A stretch of 64,000 nt of DNA from an uncultured Gemmatimonadales bacterium (GCA_963695555.1 CAVOGR010000002.1:486779-550778), one strand, 5' to 3'. Numbered from the stretch's first letter, positions 9,042 to 19,063 are shown. Notes: generated by a model not told the origin, from the sequence alone. A program made the numbers and translations.

Positions 9042-9368
9042 TCAGGGTTTGATCATGACCAAAACCATCTTGAACCGAGTGGCTGCTCTGACCGCGTGCG
9101 GCTGCCCGCCTGGCAAGATGAGCATCTCTCCGGTTCCCACCCGGTGCGGAACCCCTGCGATGGAGATCTCGGCTTCGCCGTCGATCACCTGAATCAACGC
9201 GTCGTGCGGCACGGTGTGCTCGCTCAGCTCCTCGCCTCGATCGAAGGCAAAGACCGTGACCGATCCGGTCTTTTGTTTGAGCACCACGCGACTGACCACC
9301 GCGCCACTTTGGTAGGCGACCAATTCGGCGGCGGCAAATGTGGACCCTACCAGGGCGTTCTCTTCCAT
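9042..9368 (-). CDS. Cupin domain protein
   Basis: VVSRVVLK..GSVTVFAFDRGEELSEHTVPHDAL...PGGQPHAV. Confidence 0.88.
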   Translation of the reverse strand: MEENALVGSTFAAAELVAYQSGAVVSRVVLKQKTGSVTVFAFDRGEELSEHTVPHDALIQVIDGEAEISIAGVPHRVGTGEMLILPGGQPHAVRAATRFKMVLVMIKP

Positions 9369-9422
9369 GAGTAGGCCATCTCTCCTATTGAGGGGGTTCT
9401 TCAGCCACCCGGATGCCGGATC

Positions 9423-9725
9423 TCAAGCCCGGCCACGGATCTTGGCAACCCACCAGCGCAGTCCCACGAACAGGAAGCGCCAATCCTTGAAGAATTCTGG
9501 TGGCTTCCCTTCGACCGCATGACCCGCGAACTGAAAGATCCAGCCGATCAGGAACAGGCCCAGCGGGACGGGCCAGAATCCGGGGACCACGATCGCTACC
9601 AGGAAGAATGGCAGTGAAACCGCGATCATCGGGATCCCGATTGTATGGCAGATCCGGTTGATCGGATGCTGATGGCTTTGACCATATTGGACGATCCACT
9701 CGTCCCAAGGCTTTCCTCCCAGCAT
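9423..9725 (-). CDS. DUF962/Mpo1-like membrane protein
   Basis: YGQSHQHPINRICHTIGIP...FQFAGHAVEGKPPEFF. Confidence 0.85.
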   Translation of the reverse strand: MLGGKPWDEWIVQYGQSHQHPINRICHTIGIPMIAVSLPFFLVAIVVPGFWPVPLGLFLIGWIFQFAGHAVEGKPPEFFKDWRFLFVGLRWWVAKIRGRA

Positions 9726-9770
9726 GCGCCCTCCTCAGGAACACCGGATTAGGAACGTAAGCTGATCGGT

Positions 9771-10229
9771 CTAGCTGCGGCGTCGCGAGGACCAGTGGAT
9801 TGCGCGAATGCGCCATGTTCCGGAATCCTTGCTCAGGATCATGAGCTCCGCGCCGTCGCTATTGATCGGCCGGTCTCGAAATGAACCGGTGGTCGTGGAG
9901 CTCGATACCACCCAGGCCACGCTTCCCGCGATGCTGAGTCCAATGACCTGCCGGGAGCTTGCAACGGCTCGAGCGAACTCGATGTCCGCGGCCAGGTGAT
10001 GGGCTCGGTATTCCCGGAGGTTCTCGATCGTCCCGGACTCGACGATTAGGACGTCCTGGCCGAGCAACCCGAGGGCGGCCGCCGAATCTCCCGCGCTCAG
10101 CGCGGCATGGAATCCTCCAATCGCCCGGACGACGTCAGCCGAGTCGGCGGCAAACGCCTGCGCCAGGACAGCCGGCACCCATCCGAGTGCGAGGGAGAGG
10201 ACCATGAAGGCGATGTGGCGCTTGGGCAT
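9771..10229 (-). CDS. Secreted SnoaL/DUF4440 (NTF2-like) protein
   Basis: Signal peptide; FHAALSAGD, EYRAHHLAADIEF, WRIRAIHWSS. Confidence 0.8.
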   Translation of the reverse strand: MPKRHIAFMVLSLALGWVPAVLAQAFAADSADVVRAIGGFHAALSAGDSAAALGLLGQDVLIVESGTIENLREYRAHHLAADIEFARAVASSRQVIGLSIAGSVAWVVSSSTTTGSFRDRPINSDGAELMILSKDSGTWRIRAIHWSSRRRS

Positions 10230-10267
10230 GAGAAGACTCACCGGACCTGAGTGTGGTGGAGTAGCAC

Positions 10268-11032
10268 TTACACGGGGATAATGAGACTGCAGCATGTTAC
10301 CCCGCCCTCGGCTTTGCTCAACTCGGAAAGATCCACCGGCACCACCCTGATACCCAGACGGCAAAGCCGATCCCGGGTATGCTCGAAGGCGGCAGGGTAG
10401 ACGACCGAGTCGCGGATCCTGAGGGCGTTGGCGGCATGGGGCTCGGTTGGATCGACCTCGACCAGCCGCATGCCGCGAAAGGCGTCACTGTCCACCCAGG
10501 TGCGATTGATGAGCACGGTGTCCGGCGCAACCTGTGTCACTGCGGATTTTAAGTGGAGGCACCCATCGACCGCCACGATCGTGACCCGATAGCCGAGGGG
10601 TTCGAGCACGTGGCGAATCTGTGCGACCCCTGACGCGGAGGTGCGCGACGACAACCCGACATACACTTGGCGGCCAATGACCAGGACATCTCCGCCATCG
10701 ACCGTGGCTGGCTCCTCAATGAACACAAGGTCTCGATAGAGCCGGAGCGCTTCGGCGATGGCGCTCGTTTCGGCACGGCGCGAGACCGCCCCTGGCCGTG
10801 TGATGACGGCCAGTTCATCCAACACGACACCGACATCCTCGACGAAAACGGAATCCGGGAGCTCCGGCTCGGCCGGCAGGCGGACCACCTCTACACCGAG
10901 GCTCGTGAGACACCGCAAGTAATCCTCGTGCTCGAGGGCGGCGCGTGCAGCATCGATCGGCTGGCGGGCGAGGTGGGTGAGTTCGCACGCATCGAGACTG
11001 GGACTTACGTCTCGCACGATCGCTATGGTCAT
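10268..11032 (-). CDS. ddaH: N(G),N(G)-dimethylarginine dimethylaminohydrolase
   Basis: PDSVFVED, TRPGA.SRRAE, DGGDV, LHLKS, GGVTCCS. Confidence 0.9.
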   Translation of the reverse strand: MTIAIVRDVSPSLDACELTHLARQPIDAARAALEHEDYLRCLTSLGVEVVRLPAEPELPDSVFVEDVGVVLDELAVITRPGAVSRRAETSAIAEALRLYRDLVFIEEPATVDGGDVLVIGRQVYVGLSSRTSASGVAQIRHVLEPLGYRVTIVAVDGCLHLKSAVTQVAPDTVLINRTWVDSDAFRGMRLVEVDPTEPHAANALRIRDSVVYPAAFEHTRDRLCRLGIRVVPVDLSELSKAEGGVTCCSLIIPV

Positions 11033-11259
11033 GGCGCCGCAACGGAATCTTCACGGGCCCGCCGCGCTTCCGCCGAGTCGGCCGCGCGAAGAGCTCCGCG
11101 TACTCCTGCCGCTCCCGGGAGTTGGGACTCCCCGATAGCACTGTCCCGCGCACGCTGGGCATCGGGCGCGTCGGTATGCACCCGTTCCCCGGAGGAGCAA
11201 CCAAGGCCGGCCACCAAGAGCACTCCGGAGGCCACCCGGCAGAATATCATCGCTTTCAT
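11029..11259 (-). CDS. Small lipoprotein
   Basis: MKAMIFCRVASGVLLVAGLGC lipobox-like; ATGA overlaps with both neighbours. Confidence 0.65.
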   Translation of the reverse strand: MKAMIFCRVASGVLLVAGLGCSSGERVHTDAPDAQRARDSAIGESQLPGAAGVRGALRAADSAEARRAREDSVAAP

Positions 11260-12140
11260 CGACGCACCGTCACCTTCTGAGGGATCACTCGTTCTTTGGT
11301 GACAATAGCGATGCCGACTCCCCCGAGAATGAGCACGGCCGAGAGCACCAAGCGGAGCGACACGCCTTCTGACAGGAAGAATACTCCTCCTAGTGCTGCC
11401 AAGACCGGCACGGACAGCTGCACCGTTGCCGCTCGCGTTCTCGTGAGGCCTCGGAGTGCCGCATACCATATGGCGTATCCCAAACCGGATGCCAGCGCTC
11501 CGGAAAGAATCGCCAAAAGAATGCCAGGGCCGGACAGGCTCACCTGTGACCGCGCCGCCAGGCTCACTCCTAAGACTAGCGGGACGGCCCGGGCGAAGTT
11601 GCCGGTGGTGTCCGCCAGGGGGTGTACGGTGCTGCGGCCCCAAAGCGAGTAGAGCCCCCAGGAGATGCCAGCCACGGCCATGAGCAGTGATCCGATGGGC
11701 GAGGGTGCCGTGAGCCCGGGGAACACGAGGTACACCAAGCCGACAAACGCCAGGAGGAGTCCGACCCATTGCCAGGCGTGAGGCCGCTCGCCGGAGCCCA
11801 GTGCCGCGAGGATCATGGTGACCTGAACCATGCCGAACAGGATGAGCGCCCCGGTTCCGGTGCTGAGGCTCAAGTACGCGAACGAAAAGGGCACGGCATA
11901 CGAGAACAACATGAGAGCGGATGTCCAGCTGCCGCGAAACACGGGCCCGCCTCTCCGGCGGTTCAGGGATGAGACCAGGAGCAGCGTCGCGGCGCCAGAC
12001 ACGACTCGGATAGTGGCAAAGCTGGACGCGTCGATCGAGGCTCGGCCCAACGCCATCCGGGTGAGCACCGAATTGGCCGCAAACGCGATGAGGGCGAACA
12101 GTGTCAGTGCGAGGGTCCGCACCGTCTGAGCTGCCGTCAC
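11256..12140 (-). CDS. DMT/EamA family transporter
   Basis: AFAANSVLTR, about 10 TM helices, ASGLGYAIWY, QLSVPVLA. Confidence 0.9.
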   Translation of the reverse strand: MTAAQTVRTLALTLFALIAFAANSVLTRMALGRASIDASSFATIRVVSGAATLLLVSSLNRRRGGPVFRGSWTSALMLFSYAVPFSFAYLSLSTGTGALILFGMVQVTMILAALGSGERPHAWQWVGLLLAFVGLVYLVFPGLTAPSPIGSLLMAVAGISWGLYSLWGRSTVHPLADTTGNFARAVPLVLGVSLAARSQVSLSGPGILLAILSGALASGLGYAIWYAALRGLTRTRAATVQLSVPVLAALGGVFFLSEGVSLRLVLSAVLILGGVGIAIVTKERVIPQKVTVRR

Positions 12141-12529
12141 TGACCCTCTTCACCGAGCGGCTGCCACAGCTCGATCTTGTTCCCATCGGGGTCGTAACAC
12201 CAGCCGAACCGCCCGTACTCGTAATCTTCAATCTTGTCGTCGACCCTAATCCCTGCCGCTCGGAGCTGCTGGAGAAGTCCTTCCAGGTCGTCCACTCGGA
12301 AGTTGACCATGAATCCGGCATCACTCGGATCGAAATAGGTCGATTCGTCCGGGAATATGCTCCATACCGTGCTGCCGACCCGATTGGGGTCGTCCAGCTG
12401 CCGCCAGCGGAACGCATGGCCGCCGTAGTCCTCTGGCTCGACCCCCAAATGCTCGTCGTACCACCGGCGCAACTCCTTTGCCTGCTTTGACTTGAAGAAA
12501 ATTCCGCCGATTCCGGTGACTCGGGGCAT
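12137..12529 (-). CDS. VOC/glyoxalase family protein
   Basis: MPRVTGIGGIFFK...FMVNFRVDDL...YGRFGW..DPDGNKIELWQP. Confidence 0.9.
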   Translation of the reverse strand: MPRVTGIGGIFFKSKQAKELRRWYDEHLGVEPEDYGGHAFRWRQLDDPNRVGSTVWSIFPDESTYFDPSDAGFMVNFRVDDLEGLLQQLRAAGIRVDDKIEDYEYGRFGWCYDPDGNKIELWQPLGEEGQ

Positions 12530-12714
12530 CCGTCCCTCCCAGGCTATTAGATCCATTGCTCGCTCACCGACCGCCCACTGCCATGTGGCAGGATGCCGAT
12601 TGCCCGTGACGCCCGCAAGCCTCCGGGGCTCGGAGCCGTCCCCAAGCACCTGTTCACACGAGCTTAAAGGTCTCTTCATCCTGGGTGGGGTAATCTCCGA
12701 CGAGGAGACTCCTG

Positions 12715-14964
12715 ATGATCGAAATCCGTATTCATGGCCGCGGCGGTCAGGGCGGGGTAACGCTGGCGAAGATCATCGCCACCACCCGGTTCTTAAAGGG
12801 CCAATCGGTCCAGGCCTTCGGGCTCTACGCGGCCGAGCGCTCGGGGGCGCCGCTCCAAGCCTTTTGCCGGTACGACACGGAACCGATCACCAATCGCAAT
12901 TTGATTTACGAGCCCGATCACGTCATCGTGCTCGACCCTACCCTGGTAGGTCCGGCCATCACCGGAGGACTCAAGGCAGGCGGGTGGATCCTGTTCAACT
13001 CCCCCGAGCCGCCGGCCCACTTCGCAGCAGACTATCCCTCCCACCGAATCGCCACGGTCGACGCGACGGCCATCGCGCTGGAGCATCACCTCGGCACCCG
13101 GAGCGTCCCGATCGTCAATACGGCGCTGGCCGGCGCCGCGGGGCGGATGCTTGGTTTCGACCTCGAGGACATAAACGCGGCACTCGAGCACCTCGGTTTC
13201 ACCGGTGCGAATCTCACGGCGGCCGCCCAGGCCAACGAGCACGTTCGACTGCTGGAGGTTGCTCAACCTGACGAAGCTGCCCCTACCGCCGCTCCCCCGT
13301 TGGCTAAGGCTCGCGCACCGGGATTCCTCGGTGGACTCGGCGGTGAGTTTCCCCGCATCACGACCGGGCAGTGGGCCACTGAGCAGCCCAAGCGCCAGCA
13401 GATGGTACCGCCCTGCAACCACGTGTGCCCGGCCGGAAACGACGTCCAAGGCTTCCTGCACGCACTGGCCCACGACCAAACGGACGAGGCGCTGGCCATC
13501 CTGCTCCGCACCTCGCCGTTTCCAGCGGTGTGCGGCCGGGTCTGCCCGGCGCCGTGCATGGACAATTGCAACCGCATCGGTCTCGACGGCGCCGTCAACG
13601 TGCGACAGCTCGAACGGTTTGCCGGCGATCACGGTCATGCCGACGTGGAAGCCATCGATCAGCGCGATGAGCACGTGGCCATCGTCGGGTCGGGCCCGGC
13701 GGGCTTGAGCGCGGCGTATCACCTCGCCCGATTCGGGTACCGGGTGACCGTGTACGAGGGTGCCCCCGACATAGGCGGGCTACTGCGCTCCGGCATTCCC
13801 ACCTTCAGGCTCCCGGCCGAGGTGCTGGACCGAGAGATCGGCCGAATCCTGGCGCTCGGAGTCACGGCCGAGACCGATCATCGGATCGACCGCCCGCGCC
13901 TCTTGGAGATGGCTCGGTCGCATGACGCTGTGCTCGTGGCAACGGGTCTCCAGGAACTGCGGGGCCTTCGGTTGGGTGTTGCCGACTCTGACGCGGTGGT
14001 GCAGGGAATCGATTTCCTCGATCGGGCGCACCGAGGCGAGGTGAGGGTCGACGGCGAAGACGTCCTCGTGGCCGGCGGCGGCAACACCGCGATGGATGCT
14101 GCACGCTCGGCGCTCCGCCTGGGTGCCTCGAGTGTCCGGGTGGTCTACCGGCGGACCCGGGCCGAGATGCCCGCAATTCGCGAAGAGGTGGATGAGGCGC
14201 TCGAGGAAGGTATAGAGATGGACTTCCTCACTCAGCCGGTGGCTCTCGCCGATCATAGCGTCGGGACGGAAGGCCGGGCGCGCTTTCGGCTCACCTGCCG
14301 CCGGATGCAGCTTGGCGAGCCGGATGCCTCGGGACGCCGGGCTCCGGTGGAGGTGCCCGATTCCAACTTCGATATTTCCTGCCACCGGCTGATTCTGGCG
14401 CTTGGCCAATCGGCCGACCTGACGGTATTCCCGGAAGGCACCGAAGTACGGGAAGGGGAGCACCTACTGGGCCTACTCGAAACCCCGGTCTATGCCATCG
14501 GCGACCTGGCCACCTACGACGGCACGGTGGCCGGTGCGATCGGCAGCGGCCGGCGCTCGGCCTTTCACATTCACGAGGCCCTGAGCGGCGAGTTGCTGGA
14601 GGTGCACGCACACGCCGAAGCACGCCGCCACGTCGACGTGTGGCATGACGAGGTGATCAACGCTGGGGCCATGAAGCTCCATCTGTTCGAACGAACGGCG
14701 CCGAGCGCCGGCACCACCGTGCCTATGACCACCCGCCGCTCCACCTTCGACGAAATCCATCAGGGCCTGACCGATGCGCGGGAGGCCAAGCGCTGTCTGT
14801 CCTGCGGGGTCTGCAATGAGTGCGATCTCTGCGTGACCTATTGCCCGGAAGGCGTGCTCAAGCGGGTGGGGCACGAGTTCGTGTTCGACTACTCCTTCTG
14901 TAAAGGCTGCGGCGTGTGCGCGTCCGAGTGTCCGCGGAACGTGATTTTCATGAGTCACCTGTGA
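12715..14964 (+). CDS. Fusion of 2-oxoacid oxidoreductase gamma subunit, GltD/DsrL-like FAD/NAD(P) oxidoreductase and 2x[4Fe-4S] delta-like domain
   Basis: IHGRGGQG; PPC...CP...CGRVCPAPC...CNR; VGSGPAG; GGGNTAMD...YRR; CLSCGVCNECDLC...CKGCGVC..ECP. Confidence 0.9.
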   Translation: MIEIRIHGRGGQGGVTLAKIIATTRFLKGQSVQAFGLYAAERSGAPLQAFCRYDTEPITNRNLIYEPDHVIVLDPTLVGPAITGGLKAGGWILFNSPEPPAHFAADYPSHRIATVDATAIALEHHLGTRSVPIVNTALAGAAGRMLGFDLEDINAALEHLGFTGANLTAAAQANEHVRLLEVAQPDEAAPTAAPPLAKARAPGFLGGLGGEFPRITTGQWATEQPKRQQMVPPCNHVCPAGNDVQGFLHALAHDQTDEALAILLRTSPFPAVCGRVCPAPCMDNCNRIGLDGAVNVRQLERFAGDHGHADVEAIDQRDEHVAIVGSGPAGLSAAYHLARFGYRVTVYEGAPDIGGLLRSGIPTFRLPAEVLDREIGRILALGVTAETDHRIDRPRLLEMARSHDAVLVATGLQELRGLRLGVADSDAVVQGIDFLDRAHRGEVRVDGEDVLVAGGGNTAMDAARSALRLGASSVRVVYRRTRAEMPAIREEVDEALEEGIEMDFLTQPVALADHSVGTEGRARFRLTCRRMQLGEPDASGRRAPVEVPDSNFDISCHRLILALGQSADLTVFPEGTEVREGEHLLGLLETPVYAIGDLATYDGTVAGAIGSGRRSAFHIHEALSGELLEVHAHAEARRHVDVWHDEVINAGAMKLHLFERTAPSAGTTVPMTTRRSTFDEIHQGLTDAREAKRCLSCGVCNECDLCVTYCPEGVLKRVGHEFVFDYSFCKGCGVCASECPRNVIFMSHL

Positions 14965-14975
14965 GGATGTGAGCG

Positions 14976-16166
14976 ATGGCACTCGAGCTGGTTACCGGCA
15001 ATCATGCAGCTGGTTATGCCTTGAGCGTCGCGGGCGAGGCGAACCGATCGGCGCGCGGCGCTGCCTGCGGCATTTATCCTATCACGCCCCAAACCGAGAT
15101 CGTCGAGTACGTCGCCAAGTTTCCATTCACCAAGGGCAGGGTGGTGCCGGTCGAGAGCGAGCACAGTGCCATGGGTGTTTCGATCGGCGCTTCGCTCGCC
15201 GGCGCGCGATCCTTCACGGCGAGCTCGTCCAACGGGCTCGCGTACATGACCGAGAACATCATGGTGGCCGGCTTCTACCGGCTGCCTATCGTGATGGTTG
15301 CGGTGAATCGCACGCTCGGCCCGCCCTGGAATATCTGGGCCGACCAGGGCGATACGTTGATGCTGCGCGACTTCCCCTGGATCCAGTTCTACTGCGAGGA
15401 CAACCAGGACGTGTTCGACACGACGCTCCTGGCCTTTCGGCTGGCGGAGGACCACCGCATCCTCCTGCCCGCGATGGTGGCCATGGACGCGTTCATCATT
15501 TCCCACACCCAAATGGAAACTCAGTGTCCGGAACAGGAACAAGTCGATCGTTTCCTCCCTCTGCTCGACCTGCCTCACCGCATGCGGCAGGAGCACCCGA
15601 CCACCATGGGTGGCTTGGTCTGGCCGCTCGAAGGGATGTCGCAGCGATTGGAGATCGACGAGGCGATGGCCCGAGTTCCTGAGGTCTACGAGGAGTGCCG
15701 CGAGGCCTTTCGCGGGGAGTTTGAGCGCGATGTCGGCGGCACGATCGAGACCTTCGGTACCGACGATGCCGACCTCGTCGTCATCACGTCGGGCACCATC
15801 GCCAGTACTGCCCGAGAGGTGGTGCGTCGTCGTCGCCAGAGGGGCGAGCGGATCGGGTACATCAAGATCAGGCTCTACCGGCCGTTTCCCGAGGCGGCGA
15901 TCGTCGAGCACTGCCGGACGGCAAAGAAGATCGCCGTGCTCGATCGCAACTACGCGGCCGGGCAGGGGGGCATCTTCTGGCAGGACATCCGGGCCGCGTT
16001 TCAGGGCCGCCGGGACGATCTTCTGATTCAGGATTACCTGACCGGGCTGTGCGGCGGCGACGTGACGCCGGTCATGATCGACGCGATCATCGACGACCTC
16101 GGCGGCCGGCGAGAGGCGGGCAGCCCGATGTGGATGGGAATCGATGCCGCCGTGGAGGTCACCTGA
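14976..16166 (+). CDS. 2-oxoacid:acceptor oxidoreductase alpha subunit (PorA-like)
   Basis: TGNHAA, YPITPQT, VESEHSA, TASSSNG, KIRLYRPFP. Confidence 0.92.
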   Translation: MALELVTGNHAAGYALSVAGEANRSARGAACGIYPITPQTEIVEYVAKFPFTKGRVVPVESEHSAMGVSIGASLAGARSFTASSSNGLAYMTENIMVAGFYRLPIVMVAVNRTLGPPWNIWADQGDTLMLRDFPWIQFYCEDNQDVFDTTLLAFRLAEDHRILLPAMVAMDAFIISHTQMETQCPEQEQVDRFLPLLDLPHRMRQEHPTTMGGLVWPLEGMSQRLEIDEAMARVPEVYEECREAFRGEFERDVGGTIETFGTDDADLVVITSGTIASTAREVVRRRRQRGERIGYIKIRLYRPFPEAAIVEHCRTAKKIAVLDRNYAAGQGGIFWQDIRAAFQGRRDDLLIQDYLTGLCGGDVTPVMIDAIIDDLGGRREAGSPMWMGIDAAVEVT

Positions 16167-17104
16167 TGACCGCCGGTACGGAGCGCGAGCCGCTGCCCGG
16201 CCGAGTCGAGGAGGGGCTGTCGATCCCGTGCAGCGAGGATTGCCTGCTCCGGCCGGGGAATACCAACTGCGGCGGCTGCGGCATGAGCGTTGGCCTGACC
16301 ATGCTTGGCCGCGTACTCGCCGATTCCGGTGATACCTGCAGCCTGGTGATCCCGGCCTGCTGTGGCATCGTCACGGCCGGGGGCTTTCCAACCACGAGCT
16401 ACGGGGTGCCGGTCGTGGCCTCCACGTTCGCCGCCGCGCCCGCGTTCGCGAGCGGCATGGCGAGCGTGCGGGACCTCAATGGGGAAAGCGGGCAGGTCAT
16501 CTGCTGGGCAGGCGATGGTGGGACATACGACATCGGCATCGCAGCCCTCTCCGCAGCCGCCGAGCGGAACGAGAACATCATTTACATCTGCTACGACAAC
16601 GAGATTTATGGGAACACCGGCGGGCAGCGATCGTCGGCGACGCCGCCCGGTGCCCGGACCAGCACGACCCCGGCGGGCAAACGCGAGGGCAAGAAGGACA
16701 TCATGTCGATCATGGCGGCCCATCGTATTCCGTATGTGGCCACGCTCTCCATTGGGCATCCGGAAGACTATGCCAGGAAGATTCGCACGGCTCTCTCGCT
16801 CGAGGGAATGCGTTTCTTGTTGCTGCACTCCCCGTGCCCCACGGGGTGGAAGTCGGAGCCGGCCGAGTCGCTGCTCCTGGTACGGTTAGCGGTCGCGAGC
16901 GGGCTCTTCCCGCTCTACGAGGTGTGGGATGGCAGGACCTATCGGATCAGCCTCGAGCCCGACTGGACCGACCCGGCGGAGTACTTTTCGCGCCAGAACC
17001 GCTTCTCGGACCACTTGATCGATCTCGATGCAACCAGGCGAGCATGCCGTGAGGATTTCGAGCGACTGCGCATTCTCGCTGACCAATTTCCCCACGGCAG
17101 GTAG
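16166..17104 (+). CDS. 2-oxoacid:acceptor oxidoreductase beta subunit (TPP-binding, PorB-like)
   Basis: CGGCG, GDGGTYDIG...YDNEIYGNTGGQ, SPCPTGW. Confidence 0.92.
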   Translation: MTAGTEREPLPGRVEEGLSIPCSEDCLLRPGNTNCGGCGMSVGLTMLGRVLADSGDTCSLVIPACCGIVTAGGFPTTSYGVPVVASTFAAAPAFASGMASVRDLNGESGQVICWAGDGGTYDIGIAALSAAAERNENIIYICYDNEIYGNTGGQRSSATPPGARTSTTPAGKREGKKDIMSIMAAHRIPYVATLSIGHPEDYARKIRTALSLEGMRFLLLHSPCPTGWKSEPAESLLLVRLAVASGLFPLYEVWDGRTYRISLEPDWTDPAEYFSRQNRFSDHLIDLDATRRACREDFERLRILADQFPHGR

Positions 17105-17107
17105 GCA

Positions 17108-17130
17108 GCCGGACCACTGGGCGGTCTGGC
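17108..17130. terminator. Hairpin between convergent genes
   Basis: GCCGGACC-7nt-GGTCTGGC just after the beta-subunit stop; no strong U tract. Confidence 0.4.
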
Positions 17131-17186
17131 GCTCCTCGTTGGAACACGGTCAAGTCTCGCAGGCACGCTCGAGCGGGCCAGTTCCA

Positions 17187-18308
17187 CTAGGTTGCTGAGG
17201 CAGACCGTTCCGCTAGGTGATAGTAAAGACCCTCGATCTGATCGACCATCCGATGGGCGCAGTAGCGTGCTTGGATGATCCTCCTGACTCGCTGCGCTTC
17301 GCGCCGCGCGCCGGCCGCATCACTTAGGAGTGAGACGAGCTCGTCGGCGAGATGTTGTGTCGTGATTCTGACCCGGTCAGGGCCATGATCGGCAAAGCAC
17401 ACCGACCGAGCCTCCTCGTAGTTATCGCCGGTTACGGTTCCGAAATAGCCGGTCCGACCGAACGCTACCGTCGGTGTGCCACTCGCGAGTGACTCGACCG
17501 CCGTGGTTGCGGTCGCCACCACGACATCCCCCGCACTTAGTACCAGCGGCATGTCGCGGCGTAGGCCGGACACCACGACCGCACATTCTCCCAGCAGGCG
17601 ATTGACGCTCGCTGCCTCCGCACTGATGAGCCCGAATTGGCTGCCTGCTCCCACGAGGACGAGCCTCGCGTCGGGGATGCGGCGGCGCACCAGTGGCAGG
17701 GCTGAGAGTAACGCGAGCGCGGGCTGCGCCTTTCGGGGACTAAAGCGGGTCACGTTGAGGATGATTGGCGTGCCGTCCACTCCCCACTGGGCACGAATCG
17801 GCAAGGCGTCGAGGCCAGGCCTGAAGCGATCAGTGTCCACACCGAGGAAGCTGACGATCACGTGCTCGCTCGATACCCCGAATGCCCCACAGATGCCGTC
17901 CCGATCAGCCTCGCTTACCGTCAGCACGGTCTTGCTCCACCCACCGAAAACGGCTCGCTTCCACCAGGGCCGTGGGCCATGCACCGACATCACGTAGGGT
18001 ACGTTGAGGCCGCGGGCCAGGGGCGCGGCGACACGGGCGGCACGGTAGTTGTGGGCATGCACGATATCCGCGCCGAGAGGGGTCAGGGCCTCGATGAGGT
18101 CAGGCAGCCGCTTGCTCTTGAAGGGAATCGTCACCACCTCGGCGCCGGCGGCCTCTGCCTCCTCACCGCAGACGCCCTTATCCTGGGCAACCAATACCAC
18201 GCGATGGCCCCGGCTCAGAAGCCCCTTGGTCAGGCAGCAGACGTGGGTCTCCACCCCGCCGATGCCTAGCCTTCCCGTCACCTCGACTATGCTGAGTGGA
18301 TCTGACAT
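17187..18308 (-). CDS. Glycosyltransferase family 4
   Basis: GGVETHV, DIVHAHN, GVDTDRF, GT-B C-terminal half with ESLASGTP. Confidence 0.85.
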   Translation of the reverse strand: MSDPLSIVEVTGRLGIGGVETHVCCLTKGLLSRGHRVVLVAQDKGVCGEEAEAAGAEVVTIPFKSKRLPDLIEALTPLGADIVHAHNYRAARVAAPLARGLNVPYVMSVHGPRPWWKRAVFGGWSKTVLTVSEADRDGICGAFGVSSEHVIVSFLGVDTDRFRPGLDALPIRAQWGVDGTPIILNVTRFSPRKAQPALALLSALPLVRRRIPDARLVLVGAGSQFGLISAEAASVNRLLGECAVVVSGLRRDMPLVLSAGDVVVATATTAVESLASGTPTVAFGRTGYFGTVTGDNYEEARSVCFADHGPDRVRITTQHLADELVSLLSDAAGARREAQRVRRIIQARYCAHRMVDQIEGLYYHLAERSASAT

Positions 18309-18398
18309 GTTCCCCTATGGGCGAGTTCCGGGTTTCGCCTATGTTACGCGACCGGCTGGAATCACGCCAGAAGGCACTGGAGGCGAGGCGCGTGAGCC

Positions 18399-19049
18399 AT
18401 GTGGTGGAATGACCCAAGATGTGTTCACATACACATCCCGAAGACCGGAGGAAACAGCATCACCGCAGCACTCCGCTCTGCGTGGGCCCGTAAGCCCCTG
18501 TCCGAACGGGTCGTGCTCCGGCTGCGCCACGCGGGCCAGGCGCCGGCCGCCGTCGGTCGATTCCACAAACATGCCAAGGCCCGAGACATTTACGGTGTTG
18601 TGGGCGAGCATGCCTGGCATGGGCGCTTCAGCTTCACGGTGGTTCGCAATCCATGGGACCTCATGGTTTCGAGCTATCACTGGTGGCTCAATCGCGCCGC
18701 TCGATGGAAACACCTTCACGGCCATGTCCGGGCTGTTACGGCCCTTGGCTCGTTTTCGCGTTTCATGGATTCGCCCTATGGACGCGAGCGCATCAACGAA
18801 CAAATAGGCAACTTCCACGACTGGATCTGCAACGCTGAGGGCAGGGTGTTGGTCGAGATGGCCTGTCGGTTCGAACGACTCGAGGAAGATTGGCAGGCGA
18901 TTGCGACACGGCTCGGACTCCAGGTCCCTTTGCCTCATCTGAATCGGGGGAACCGTGGGACCTACCGCGACTACTATGACAGGTCATCCAAGCGGATTGT
19001 CGCCGAGCGCTTCGCTTGGGCGATAGACTATTTCGAGTATTTGTTCTGA
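18399..19049 (+). CDS. Sulfotransferase family 2 domain protein
   Basis: 5'-PSB HIPKTGGNS, 3'-PB VRNPWDLMVSSY, RFERLEEDW, YRDYYD. Confidence 0.88.
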   Translation: MWWNDPRCVHIHIPKTGGNSITAALRSAWARKPLSERVVLRLRHAGQAPAAVGRFHKHAKARDIYGVVGEHAWHGRFSFTVVRNPWDLMVSSYHWWLNRAARWKHLHGHVRAVTALGSFSRFMDSPYGRERINEQIGNFHDWICNAEGRVLVEMACRFERLEEDWQAIATRLGLQVPLPHLNRGNRGTYRDYYDRSSKRIVAERFAWAIDYFEYLF

Positions 19050-19063
19050 CTCGTCCGACATTG

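Noticed and set aside
12530..12714. TPP riboswitch upstream of the TPP-dependent oxidoreductase
   Set aside because: No CUGAGA or CCUGA...AGCG.AGGGA core is visible
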